Origin: Bacillales bacterium UBA4694
GTDB lineage: Bacteria > Bacillota_I > Bacilli_A > RFN20 > CAG-288
Direction of reading: 5' to 3'
Length of the DNA: 64,000 nt
NCBI GenBank assembly: GCA_002404835.1
Contig: DHKM01000005.1
Coordinates: 558-64,557, forward strand
Of this stretch, positions 1 to 9,330 are shown one piece after another. Positions within the stretch are counted from its first letter, which is position 1; every line of letters begins with the position of its first letter. Both the position numbers and the translations under genes were made by a program. A model generated the notes under the pieces. It did not search any database. It worked only from the letters and a program-made list of their open reading frames with translations, and was not told where the DNA came from.

Positions 1-1202
1 CGGCTCAGGTACATGGCAATCTGTCTTGCCAGGGCAATCTGCGAGGTTCGCACCTTCGATTTGAGCTGACTTGGTGTGAGATTATAGTATTCGCTGACCG
101 TATCAATGATGTGATCGACGTCTACTTTGCCTTTCTTGGCTTTTCTTACTTCGTCATCCTGGAAGACCTGTTTGGTGAATAGTAGCGTGATTTTTCCTTC
201 TGGCTTTTGGTTTGTGATTCCGAAGATGAGTCGAGTGAAGGCACCATTGAGTACTCGGACATTATTGGAATAGTTCAGTGCAAGGTAATCAAGCACTTCT
301 GGTTCGAACATGTCTAAGGAGAGATTGTTGACTTTGATTTTCATCTTGAGGATTTCGACGAGTGTTTCTTGGTCCGGAGATTTGATATCGACGGTAAGTC
401 CACCATCGAAGCGGGAGACAAGACGGTCCTGGAGACCTTTTAGGTCATCCGGGGCTTTATCGGAAGTGAGGACAATCTGCTTGTTATTTTGGGTTAAAAG
501 GTTGAAAACGTTGAAAAACATCAGCTGAGTGTCTTCTTTGTCCTTTAATAGCTGGACATCATCGACGAGTAGAACATCGATGGTTGAGAAGAAATCTTTA
601 AGGTTTTCGCTATCTTTTCTTCCTTTGATGTATTTTACGAATTCTTCGATGAAATCATCGGCAGAGATGTAGAGGACATTGCTGTCCGGGTGTTGATTGA
701 GGTATTCGTTTCCGATGCTTTGAAGCAGATGGGTTTTTCCGAGTCCGGATTTTGAATAAATGAAGATTGGATTGTATTGGGCCGGATTGTTCACGGCAGC
801 CCAAGCAGCTTGGGTAGCCATGCGGTTGGAATCCCCGATGACGAAATTGTCGAAGGTGAATGAACTGGAAATATGGCAGTTCTTGAAGAAGGAGGCGTCG
901 GCTTTTTCGATGGCCTCTTTTTTCTGTCTGAAGGATGTGAGATCCGAGATTTCCACCTCATAGGATTTTTCGGTTACATCATAGAGAGCTTGTTTGATTC
1001 TGGGGAGGTAGGCCGCCTTGATCATGATGGCATAGCTTTCGGAATCGGCAACGAAGATTGCTCTTCCGTTTGCCAAACTTTTAAGTTCGAAGTTCGAACC
1101 GAACAGCGATTCGAACTGTCGTGCATTCATGTTCTCGCTTATTTTTTCTAGCACAGCTTTTGAAATGTCGGAGATTTGTCTTTCGGAAGCTATTGTTTTC
1201 AT
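1..1202 (-). CDS. dnaA: Chromosomal replication initiator DnaA (C-terminus runs off the left edge of the window)
   Basis: Frame is open to the window edge, so it is absent from the ORF track. Hand translation from ATG 1200-1202 (minus) reads MKTIASERQISD... It shows AAA+ Walker A GLGKTHLL, Walker B LLVDDVQ and the C-terminal DNA-binding region KVRTSQIALARQIAMYLS. SD AAGAGGA lies 7 nt upstream. Confidence 0.95.
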   Translation of the reverse strand, partial: MKTIASERQISDISKAVLEKISENMNARQFESLFGSNFELKSLANGRAIFVADSESYAIMIKAAYLPRIKQALYDVTEKSYEVEISDLTSFRQKKEAIEKADASFFKNCHISSSFTFDNFVIGDSNRMATQAAWAAVNNPAQYNPIFIYSKSGLGKTHLLQSIGNEYLNQHPDSNVLYISADDFIEEFVKYIKGRKDSENLKDFFSTIDVLLVDDVQLLKDKEDTQLMFFNVFNLLTQNNKQIVLTSDKAPDDLKGLQDRLVSRFDGGLTVDIKSPDQETLVEILKMKIKVNNLSLDMFEPEVLDYLALNYSNNVRVLNGAFTRLIFGITNQKPEGKITLLFTKQVFQDDEVRKAKKGKVDVDHIIDTVSEYYNLTPSQLKSKVRTSQIALARQIAMYLS

Positions 1203-1329
1203 ATCGTAATCCTCTTTTAGCTTAACCATTATAGCTATCTCATGAGCAAGTGAAAAGAGCAGTTGTCCGCAGCAGAAGCAATGAGGGGGAAGAAATCGGC
1301 AACTATATCTACTAAAGTAGATAATAGAG

Positions 1330-1570
1330 TTATCCACTTATCCACAACTGGTAAATAGTGGATAAAATGTGGCTAAATACGTGGTGGATAACGCAAATGT
1401 TGATATGTGGACAACTATCAACATTCAAATTGATTATCCACAACGAAAAAATTCGATAGTTACGGGCTTTTTTATATGTTATCAACAGCCTAAAACTAGC
1501 TTATCAACACCATGTTGATAACAACATTTCCGGTGGATAAGTGGTTGATAACCCATAAAAGTTATCAACA
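1330..1570. promoter_or_regulatory. DnaA-box cluster upstream of dnaA (oriC-type or dnaA autoregulatory region)
   Basis: 12 nonamers within 0-1 mismatch of TTATCCACA on both strands. Perfect boxes at 1338-1346 and 1434-1442; TTATCCACT at 1330-1338. Complement-strand boxes at 1357-1365, 1383-1391, 1406-1414, 1514-1522, 1532-1540 and 1543-1551. TTATCAACA at 1479-1487, 1501-1509 and 1562-1570. An AT-rich stretch at 1680-1750 follows. Confidence 0.8.
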
Positions 1571-1748
1571 ACAGCCTTTATTTAACCACAAAGAAATTTA
1601 GGAGTTCTTAACCGGATATCCCCAGGAAATTCAGCTTTGCTTTTGCTTGGCCAAACACTTTGACTTTGACGGATTTTCAATCATAAAAAAATTTTTTGAA
1701 ACCGCTTGGCTTCTCTATTTTTCTTATACAAATATTTAATTTTTTGCA

Positions 1749-1784
1749 TGAAAAAAGCCTCTTTGATTTTGCTTAAAGAGGCTT
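1749..1784 (-). terminator. Rho-independent terminator of the TM2-domain gene
   Basis: Perfect 10-bp stem AAGCCTCTTT (1755-1764) / AAAGAGGCTT (1775-1784) with a 10-nt loop. On the minus strand it is followed by TTTTTT. Confidence 0.75.
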
Positions 1785-1793
1785 TTATGAATA

Positions 1794-2147
1794 TTAATCA
1801 ACGTCCCAATTGGTGACTTTTTTACCTTCTGAATCGGTGAATGAACCGGTGCAAATCATAATAAGATCAACCAATGAACCGATGCCGAATATGCCGCATG
1901 TGAGGAGCCAGAGGATTCCTGTTCCTATCTTTCCTACGTAGAATCTATGGATTCCTAAAGCACCGACGAAGATGCAGAGAAGCAGTGTTGCCAGTCTGCT
2001 TTTTTCGGATTCATTCCGGTTGATATGGATGGTTCGAGTGATGTCGTCTGTACTTCCGTAGCTTGTATCATATACTCTTGCTCCGCAATTCGGGCAGTAG
2101 AGATCTTTGTCTTTTAATTGTTTTCCGCATCTTGGACAGTATCCCAT
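1794..2147 (-). CDS. Zinc-ribbon plus TM2-domain membrane protein
   Basis: 117 aa. N-terminal CPRCG...CPNCG zinc ribbon and a C-terminal TM2-like double TM segment (GALGIHRFYVGK...GIGSLVDLI). SD AAGGAGAA upstream. Confidence 0.75.
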   Translation of the reverse strand: MGYCPRCGKQLKDKDLYCPNCGARVYDTSYGSTDDITRTIHINRNESEKSRLATLLLCIFVGALGIHRFYVGKIGTGILWLLTCGIFGIGSLVDLIMICTGSFTDSEGKKVTNWDVD

Positions 2148-2233
2148 TTTGTGTTTCTCCTTGGTTTGTTTTCTTGCTCTATTCTACCAAAAATTTAGAT
2201 GAATGAATAGATTGATTGGCTTCATAATCCGAA

Positions 2234-2263
2234 ACAAAAAAAGAGGTGCGTTAAGGCACCTCT
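2234..2263 (-). terminator. Rho-independent terminator of the metalloprotease gene
   Basis: Stem AGAGGTGC (2242-2249) / GCACCTCT (2256-2263). On the minus strand it is followed by TTTTTTT. Confidence 0.85.
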
Positions 2264-2271
2264 GGAATTAC

Positions 2272-4524
2272 TTAGAACGTGATTTCGTATTGGAAGGATT
2301 CTCCGTTATCGAAGCTAGTTCCGTTTGGGAAGGAATTGGAATAGCTGCTCATAGTGAAGACTTTTCCGGATGTAAATAGAGTATTGGTATTTGCCTGATT
2401 GATCTGACTGAGCTTTCTCTTGTCGGCAGAGATGATACGTATTTCGTCATAGGCATCGAACTTTTTGCTGACTCCATATCGCTGGGATTCAGCTCTAGAT
2501 CCGGACTCACTGTTGCAGATAAACTGTACCAATGGTTTTGATGTAGTCAGAATCTCATCTGGATCCGCGAATAGGTTTATGGTGACGTCGTCGAGATTGT
2601 CTTCGTCCATGCCGATGAAACGACTAGAATAGGCAAGTCTATTGTCAATATGAAGCATGCGGATTCCTTTCCCTCGGATGTGGTTCACCTCATAGCAGTC
2701 ATAGTCTTTGGAATTGAGATCGTCGTCTGTGTAGTATTCCAACACGATGTATTCATCGAACATGTTGAATAGGACTTTTCCTTCGCTGTTTGTCTTGAAT
2801 GTTTTGTTATTGTAGGGGATGACGATCAGCTGGTCTTTCTTTGCCTGGGATGCCACAATGGATAATTTTGAAGTGTCATAGACAATATATGGCGTTACCC
2901 AACCAAAGAGCATCTTAGTATAGAGATCATGGTCATTGCTGTTATAGGACATGGTCAAAGCTTTTCCTGTCGGGTCATAATAGGTTGAAGAGGCATTATA
3001 GGAATAATAATCTGTTGCTCCTAGCATATGTCCGGTTTCATGAATCAATACGTGGGCATCGCAGTCCTTGTTTGCATAGTTTTCATTTGACATCATGAAT
3101 CCGTCGTTGAGGAAGTCGATTCCCGCCCATCCGAAGTTGTTGACGACTGGAGACTGTACGTTTCCGGTGTTTCCTGTAGAATAGGAGAATGCCCAATAAG
3201 CTCCATCACCATTAGAAGCAGAGAGATAAATCATCCACATACCATCGATTAAACCATCGTTATCGGAATCGAACTCGGTGAGGTCATATCCTAAGTCATC
3301 TGTTGCCCAACGGGTGATGCTGTTTGCGATTTCGACTGTTGAGGTTTCTGTCAAGGAATTCTTGGAAGAGAACTTTGGAATTTCTTTTTTCAAGTCGAAG
3401 AAGTCTGTGACGACTCCGGTGATATCTAATTGGCCATAACTAGAACGATAATAGTAAGAATGCAGTGATTCGAAGTATAAAGAGGAACTGGTACCGAAGA
3501 AGGCATTTTGAATTAAATCAAGATTTTCAGCTGTTGCCTTGCTTTCGTCTCCTGGAATGATGATTGGGACGATAAGGAACGGGACTTTTCCAGTTGAGGG
3601 GGTATAGGACCAATTGATGTAATTCTTTCTACCATAGGTTTGAATGTTGAATGACGCGTCAACTTCGTCTGGCGTATAGTACCCTGGATTCTTTGATTTA
3701 GGCTGTGTGGTGCTCTTTGTTTCGGTTGAGGTGTTTTTGATGGATACAGAATAGCTATCCGTTTCTGAGGTTGTACTAGTTATCGTTTTGTCTACATATT
3801 GGATTGGGGACTTACTATCGTCTTTGACATAAATTTTGTAATTTACGCTAGACACCTCATTTCCTACCCATCCGCCGGGCTTATACGAAAGAACAACATT
3901 GTATAGACCGGTATGCGTAAATGTGATTTCTTTTCCGGATACATCTTCGCCATCTAATTGAACAAGAAGATCACTTTCCTCGAGAATCTCGTCATATCTT
4001 CTTGTCTTTTTATTGTTGTTTTTGTAAGAGGTTTTCAAACGAATGAGGAAGCCAGACAAATCGATTTTGGAAGGTGTCGAAAAGCTATAAATGTCTTTGG
4101 TCGGTGTATGAATCATGCTTAATTTCTGAACGAAGTCCGTGGATTGAAGTATGGTAATGTTGAAAGATTGAGTTTCATACCCGTCTTTTACAATATTGAT
4201 TTTATATGTTCCGGCATTTTTTAAAAGAAGATCATCATTCTTTAAAAGAGAACCGTCTTCATCAAAATGTAATTCAAAGTCTTCGATTAATGCGCCATTT
4301 TCATCTTTTACATATAATCCGTTTTCTTTGAATTTATCATACATAGAATATGAAACGGTTGAAGGGGCTGAAAATGTATACTTTTTTAATTCTACATGTG
4401 ATATTGACGGAGTCGTCTTGATAGAAGCTGTGGGCGAAACCGAAACATCAGACTTGGATGTCGATGGCGAACAGGACGTCATCAATAAAAGAGATAATAC
4501 AATGAATAATGTGTGTTTTTTCAT
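2272..4524 (-). CDS. Large lipoprotein with HExxH zinc-metalloprotease motif (M6/InhA-like)
   Basis: 750 aa. Lipoprotein signal MKKHTLFIVLSLLLMTSC. Zinc site VLIHETGHMLGATDYY resembles the HExxHxxGxxD of M6-type peptidases. No SD; see the leaderless promoter feature. Confidence 0.65.
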   Translation of the reverse strand: MKKHTLFIVLSLLLMTSCSPSTSKSDVSVSPTASIKTTPSISHVELKKYTFSAPSTVSYSMYDKFKENGLYVKDENGALIEDFELHFDEDGSLLKNDDLLLKNAGTYKINIVKDGYETQSFNITILQSTDFVQKLSMIHTPTKDIYSFSTPSKIDLSGFLIRLKTSYKNNNKKTRRYDEILEESDLLVQLDGEDVSGKEITFTHTGLYNVVLSYKPGGWVGNEVSSVNYKIYVKDDSKSPIQYVDKTITSTTSETDSYSVSIKNTSTETKSTTQPKSKNPGYYTPDEVDASFNIQTYGRKNYINWSYTPSTGKVPFLIVPIIIPGDESKATAENLDLIQNAFFGTSSSLYFESLHSYYYRSSYGQLDITGVVTDFFDLKKEIPKFSSKNSLTETSTVEIANSITRWATDDLGYDLTEFDSDNDGLIDGMWMIYLSASNGDGAYWAFSYSTGNTGNVQSPVVNNFGWAGIDFLNDGFMMSNENYANKDCDAHVLIHETGHMLGATDYYSYNASSTYYDPTGKALTMSYNSNDHDLYTKMLFGWVTPYIVYDTSKLSIVASQAKKDQLIVIPYNNKTFKTNSEGKVLFNMFDEYIVLEYYTDDDLNSKDYDCYEVNHIRGKGIRMLHIDNRLAYSSRFIGMDEDNLDDVTINLFADPDEILTTSKPLVQFICNSESGSRAESQRYGVSKKFDAYDEIRIISADKRKLSQINQANTNTLFTSGKVFTMSSYSNSFPNGTSFDNGESFQYEITF

Positions 4525-4530
4525 AATTTA

Positions 4531-4536
4531 ATTATA
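4531..4536 (-). promoter_or_regulatory. -10 hexamer TATAAT placed 6 nt before the ATG of the metalloprotease gene (leaderless candidate)
   Basis: Minus-strand sequence reads TTTTTATAAT-TAAATT-ATGAAAAAACAC. No purine-rich SD fits between the -10 and the ATG. The -35 is weak. Confidence 0.45.
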
Positions 4537-4610
4537 AAAATATCTTTTGAAATATAAAACAAAAAATATGAGAATCAGTAAAATGAATTGAAGGAAATCG
4601 GTTACTTCTG

Positions 4611-4639
4611 TTGGAATGGTATAGTTTTGGCATTATAAT
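4611..4639 (+). promoter_or_regulatory. Sigma-A type promoter of the ABC exporter operon; ATG lies 6 nt after the -10 (leaderless candidate)
   Basis: -35 TTGGAA (4611-4616), 17-nt spacer, -10 TATAAT (4634-4639), then TGTCTT and ATG at 4646. No SD. Confidence 0.55.
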
Positions 4640-4645
4640 TGTCTT

Positions 4646-6427
4646 ATGAAAAAGACAAAAAAAATAAAAAATCCAGAACATATTTCATCTTTTTACAAAG
4701 CAGAAATTGGTACACTTGTTTTAATTTCGATATTCGGAATTATTTACAATGTAGGAATGCTTGCTAATCCGGTTTTTCAAGGAACACTGCTTGATTTAAT
4801 ACAACTTGAAAATTTTAGAAATGATATATCAATTCTTTATAAAACAATTTTTGTATATTTTGCAACAATTGTTTTTGTTCAAGTGATTAGGATGCTTAAA
4901 CGATTCTTTACAAGAAAATTCGCCTATGATACGTCATTCAATATGCGGCGCATTGTTTATAATAATATTCTAAATCAAACAGAAAATGAATTGACCAATC
5001 AAAAAATAGGTACGTTGATTTCACGAGTGACTTCCGATATTGACAAAGCAGTTGAAGGAATGAGAAAACTTGTAACTGAGATTTTTGATACTGTTCTTTT
5101 ATTTGTCGTCTATCTGATTTACTTATTCTGCTTTGATATAAAGATTACATTGCTTTCGGTGATTTCAGTGATTTTAGGTATTTTGCTTTCTTTTGCGTTT
5201 AGAAAACTGAATTTCAAATATTCCTCACTTGCACGAAAGGAAAATGCAAAACTTAGCTCTAAGACTTTTGATTTATTCGATCATGCCCTTCTATATCGAA
5301 TCAACGGGTGCGATACGGAGAATTTGAATGAGTATGATAAGACACTTGGAGATTATGAAAAATATAATTTTTTATCTTTGTTTGTGACGGATACGATGAT
5401 TCCTTTGTCTACCATTGTTGCTCTTATAGGATTGATTCCACTGGTGTTTATTGGGACCGGTTATGTACTTGAATCTAAATCTTTATCCTTCGTGATTCTT
5501 GGTTCAGGACAAAACGTATGGACTTCTGGTGTTTTTGTCAATTACCTTACAGCGTTTGTTCTACTATGCAATAAGACAGGACATACAGCGAAATTGTTTT
5601 CCTCTGTTCAAAGTGGAATCGCATCTTGGCGACGTATACAACCCTATATTCATGAGTACAAAGATTATCCGAAAGGAACTGAATCCTATTCTTCTTCTCA
5701 GGCTCTTGTTTTTCATGAGTATTCTTTAAATGTGTTTGGCAGGAATCTGATTCAAGGACTGAATCTGACTATGGATAAAGGACAAATCATCGGAATTACG
5801 GGTGTGATTTCCAGCGGAAAAACCGCTTTGGCTAAATCCTTGATGAAATATATTCCATATGGAGGAAATGTTTTACTGTTCGGAAGAAAATTATCTTCTT
5901 ATTCTAGTGAAGATATTGCAAAAAACATTTCTTATATGGGACATAAAAGTCATCTTTTCACAGATACGATAAAGAATAATATTTCTTTAGGAGATGACAA
6001 GGATGTTCTTCCATATTTAAAGGCTGTTTCCTTCTACGCAGATATGGAGTGCATGCCGGAAAGAGAAAACAGCATTGTCGGAAATGAGGGAGTACGATTA
6101 AGCGGAGGACAACAGCAACGTATTGCTCTTGCCAGGACTCTATATCATGAAAGAAATATCGTCATCCTTGATGATCCTTTCAGCAATGTTGATCAGAAGA
6201 CGGAATATGAGATCATGAGCAATCTCAATAAATGGAAAGAGAAGAGCCTTGTGATTTTGATTTCTCATCGTCTTTCATCCTTTAAGACTTTAGACGGCAT
6301 TCTTGTCCTTCATGGAGATTCAACTTTTGATTACGGAACCCATGAGGAACTTCTCGAAAGGAATTCAGTTTATCGAAAGCTGTGGCAGATGCAGGTTGAA
6401 GCAAAAGAGGTGGAATATGAAAAATAA
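4646..6427 (+). CDS. ABC exporter, fused permease/ATPase subunit A (non-catalytic Walker B)
   Basis: 593 aa. N-terminal six-TM exporter domain. Walker A GVISSGKT, canonical signature LSGGQQQR, and Walker B IVILDDP with Asp in place of the catalytic Glu. Confidence 0.9.
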   Translation: MKKTKKIKNPEHISSFYKAEIGTLVLISIFGIIYNVGMLANPVFQGTLLDLIQLENFRNDISILYKTIFVYFATIVFVQVIRMLKRFFTRKFAYDTSFNMRRIVYNNILNQTENELTNQKIGTLISRVTSDIDKAVEGMRKLVTEIFDTVLLFVVYLIYLFCFDIKITLLSVISVILGILLSFAFRKLNFKYSSLARKENAKLSSKTFDLFDHALLYRINGCDTENLNEYDKTLGDYEKYNFLSLFVTDTMIPLSTIVALIGLIPLVFIGTGYVLESKSLSFVILGSGQNVWTSGVFVNYLTAFVLLCNKTGHTAKLFSSVQSGIASWRRIQPYIHEYKDYPKGTESYSSSQALVFHEYSLNVFGRNLIQGLNLTMDKGQIIGITGVISSGKTALAKSLMKYIPYGGNVLLFGRKLSSYSSEDIAKNISYMGHKSHLFTDTIKNNISLGDDKDVLPYLKAVSFYADMECMPERENSIVGNEGVRLSGGQQQRIALARTLYHERNIVILDDPFSNVDQKTEYEIMSNLNKWKEKSLVILISHRLSSFKTLDGILVLHGDSTFDYGTHEELLERNSVYRKLWQMQVEAKEVEYEK

Positions 6428-8129
6428 ATTTACCATATTTGGTTTCTTTGCTAAAGAACTGAAAAAGAATTGGCTGCCCTTTGTCTTTCTTGTATGTTCT
6501 GTTATTGGAATTGCTTTAGCTTCGATTATGCCATCTCTTGTCTTGAAAAGAATCATCGATAATCTTCTTGATCCGATTGAATCTGTAGCCTCAGCTAAGG
6601 TTCAGAATCTTATCTTTTGGACATTTCTTTATTTTCTTGGATATTTTTTGATGTATGGATTTACGATTCTAGAAAATTATTTGGTCGATAATCTTGGTCA
6701 AAAAATGATTCATTCTATTCGTTATGGGATGATGGAGAAATCTCATCATCTGAAGTCTGGAATTTTCAGGCACAATGGAACTGGTGTTATGACAAGCAGG
6801 GTCATGGATGATGTTCTGTCTATTGAGAACTTGTTTACGGATGGACTTGTTTCCTTGATGGTTTCTTTATTTAAGATTCTTTCAGTTTTCGTCTCTGTTT
6901 TTGTTTTCAGTTGGCTTTTAGGCGTTGTTCTACTTATTTGTACACCGATTGTGTTCGCTACCACGAATTTTTTTAAGAAAAGATTATTGCAACATCAACT
7001 GAAATCCAGAAAAATCAGTAATATGGAGACGAACAATGTGTCGGAATCTATCGATAATATCGAAGTTCTGATGAACTTGGAAAAGAAGAAATACAGGGAG
7101 GATCAGTTCATAGAACTTTTGGAAAAAGAAAAAGGAGAAAAGAAAAAGACCTCTTATTTTGATGCGACTTTCTCTCCGATTGTGATGTCTTTGAGAGCTC
7201 TTGTGATTTCTGTAGTGACCTTTATTGTAGCTTCTACTATCTTGCATTCTACGACAGTTGCCGGTTTGTCTGCGGGGACTTTTGCCGCTAGTATTACATT
7301 GATTAGCAATATCTTCTCTCCGATTCAGGAACTTGGTCAGGAGATTCAGACAATGCAGGAAGGAATAAGTGGAATCAAGCGGGTCGAAGATTATATGAAT
7401 ATTGAGGAGGAGAATAAGAAAAATCCAGCATATACTTCTTCTCTGATATTATCGAATAAGAACGAAAAAGACATCATCAGATTTAAAGACGTTTCTTTTC
7501 ATTATGATGATGGTGATGAAATGATCTATGATCATGCCGATTTGAGCATAGGTACATACGATAAAGTTTCATTGATCGGCAGAACTGGTGTGGGTAAGAC
7601 GACGCTTTTCTATCTTCTTCTTTCGATTCTAACGCCGACTGGAGGGATGATAGAAGTTAATGGATTCGATGTTTCCAAGATTCCGAATGAAGAAAAAAGA
7701 AAAATATTCGGATATGTACAACAAGGTTTTGAACCTGTCGAAGGTACAATTATTGATCAAGTGACTTTAAGAGACAAATCGGTTTCGATTGATTTGGTTC
7801 ATAAAGTAATGAGGGAGGTGTTTTTGGATGATTATGTGATGAACAAAAACAAGGAAGGGTATGAAGCGACATTCAGGGAAGAGGATTTTTCCAGAGGACA
7901 ACTCCAGCTTCTTTCTTTGGCCCGCGCTCTTGTTTTTGATCCACCGATTCTCCTTTTGGATGAAATTTCAGCAAATCTGGATAGTGAAACTGAAAAAAAT
8001 TTGATTACAGCATTGGAAAACGTTGGCAGGAAGAAAACAATCTTAACGATTTCGCACAGACTGTCAGATCAATTGGGATTTCGTACCGTTGTTGAAGTAA
8101 AAGACGGTAAATTGATTCGCAAAGACTAG
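6417..8129 (+). CDS. ABC exporter, fused permease/ATPase subunit B (degenerate signature motif)
   Basis: Start moved from the track value 6303 to ATG 6417 (MKNKFTIFGFF), which has SD AAAGAGGTGG and overlaps the upstream stop by 11 nt. Walker A GRTGVGKTT, signature FSRGQLQ, Walker B ILLLDEIS. Confidence 0.9.
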   Translation: MKNKFTIFGFFAKELKKNWLPFVFLVCSVIGIALASIMPSLVLKRIIDNLLDPIESVASAKVQNLIFWTFLYFLGYFLMYGFTILENYLVDNLGQKMIHSIRYGMMEKSHHLKSGIFRHNGTGVMTSRVMDDVLSIENLFTDGLVSLMVSLFKILSVFVSVFVFSWLLGVVLLICTPIVFATTNFFKKRLLQHQLKSRKISNMETNNVSESIDNIEVLMNLEKKKYREDQFIELLEKEKGEKKKTSYFDATFSPIVMSLRALVISVVTFIVASTILHSTTVAGLSAGTFAASITLISNIFSPIQELGQEIQTMQEGISGIKRVEDYMNIEEENKKNPAYTSSLILSNKNEKDIIRFKDVSFHYDDGDEMIYDHADLSIGTYDKVSLIGRTGVGKTTLFYLLLSILTPTGGMIEVNGFDVSKIPNEEKRKIFGYVQQGFEPVEGTIIDQVTLRDKSVSIDLVHKVMREVFLDDYVMNKNKEGYEATFREEDFSRGQLQLLSLARALVFDPPILLLDEISANLDSETEKNLITALENVGRKKTILTISHRLSDQLGFRTVVEVKDGKLIRKD

Positions 8130-8773
8130 AAAACGGATTCTGTCGGAGCGATGATAAGAAGCCTTCCTTTTTCTACAGACACAGATCCTAATTTTTCTTT
8201 ATGAACTAAAAATTCGTTTGAAATTCCTAAGGGAACCGAAGAAGTCAAAATTGCGTGATTTAGGTTGTATTTCATATTGGAGATTGAGACATTCATACAT
8301 TCAGGAGTATAAGAGAAAATAGAGACCATACCTTGTACGTTTTTCTTGAATTGATATGATTCGTTATCCAACATAAATACTGTTTTCGACATATCTTCTG
8401 AATAGAGATATCCGTTTATTTTCCTATCTTTTAGATAACTGAGAATCTGTATGTTTCCGATTGTATGTTCGATTTTCCCACCTAAGCATCCCATAAAATG
8501 AATTTCTTCATAACCATGCTGGAGCAAATATTTTACGGCATAGAATGTATCAGTATCATCTTTGATTGGATTCAGCTGTTTGATGGATTTCGGATTCTGA
8601 ATCAAGTGAGTGTCCAGTGTATCGAAATCTCCGATTAGCATATCGGGTTCGATGTTTTCTTTTATCAGCTCTTTGTATCCTCCGTCTGCTGCGATGATAA
8701 AATCATACTGGTGCTTTTTTAGACTCTCGGATGCTATGATTTTTGCTGCTCCGACAATGAGTGCTTTCTTCAT
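8126..8773 (-). CDS. thiN: Thiamine pyrophosphokinase
   Basis: 215 aa. Motifs GDFDTL, KDDTDTFYA and a C-terminal thiamine-binding beta domain. The start overlaps the upstream gene by 4 nt. Confidence 0.85.
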   Translation of the reverse strand: MKKALIVGAAKIIASESLKKHQYDFIIAADGGYKELIKENIEPDMLIGDFDTLDTHLIQNPKSIKQLNPIKDDTDTFYAVKYLLQHGYEEIHFMGCLGGKIEHTIGNIQILSYLKDRKINGYLYSEDMSKTVFMLDNESYQFKKNVQGMVSIFSYTPECMNVSISNMKYNLNHAILTSSVPLGISNEFLVHKEKLGSVSVEKGRLLIIAPTESVF

Positions 8774-9330
8774 AAGATAATACCTGCGAGTTTGAATCCT
8801 TTCTTTTCTGCGTCTTTATAATCTTGGATTTGTTTTTCTTTGTTTCCTGTTTCCATGTCGATGGTTATCATTCCGTAATACCCTTCTTTTATGTTGTTAT
8901 CTGCTGCCTTTTTATAATAGGCATATGCCTTTTTTAGATCCTTTTCATAGATGGTCCCAGTGTGGTGCAACTTTGCGTATTCTAGATATGCATAGGGATA
9001 TTTATAAAGAAGAGATAGATTCAGATATTTTCTCTTTTCGATTTCCTTTTCAGAAATTAGATAGAGGTAAAAATACGCAATGGTGTTTCCTTCGTTTAAA
9101 GCTTTGTTGCATTGGTTGAAGGCTTCATCTTTGCTGATTGAGAATGGATAAGAGTCTGGATTTAGGTAAGTTTTTACCATATAAAGATGGTTGATTCCGC
9201 AAAAATTGTCGGATGTCAAAAGAACTCTTTTGATATCTTCGAGTCTTTCTGTCGATGTGAACGGGTCTCTGCTGGATAGGATAAGGTTTCTGAGCAGTTC
9301 TTTCGGAGTCAGTTTCTTTTCCATGGTCAT
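8770..9330 (-). CDS. Sel1/TPR-like helical repeat protein
   Basis: 186 aa. Repeated Ala/Tyr-rich helical hairpins (AYFYLYLI, AYAYYKKAADNNIKEGYYG). No signal peptide. Confidence 0.5.
   Translation of the reverse strand: MTMEKKLTPKELLRNLILSSRDPFTSTERLEDIKRVLLTSDNFCGINHLYMVKTYLNPDSYPFSISKDEAFNQCNKALNEGNTIAYFYLYLISEKEIEKRKYLNLSLLYKYPYAYLEYAKLHHTGTIYEKDLKKAYAYYKKAADNNIKEGYYGMITIDMETGNKEKQIQDYKDAEKKGFKLAGIIL

Noticed and set aside
310-1151. Three plus-strand ORFs (310-528, 760-963, 873-1151) in the track
   Set aside because: They lie antisense to the clearly recognisable dnaA reading frame and have no SD or recognisable motifs.
6303-6416. N-terminal extensions suggested by the track for several genes (6303, 9191, 15519, 22126, 27406, 46451, 48934, 50866, 56765, 61975)
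   Set aside because: The extensions start at GTG/TTG or unsupported ATG codons without an SD and overlap upstream genes or promoters. Internal ATGs with good SDs give N-termini that match the protein families.
8126-8129. Convergent ABC exporter and thiN genes overlap by their stop codons (CTAG)
   Set aside because: This is real, but it is a trivial consequence of the palindromic TAG/CTA. No regulatory structure is visible.
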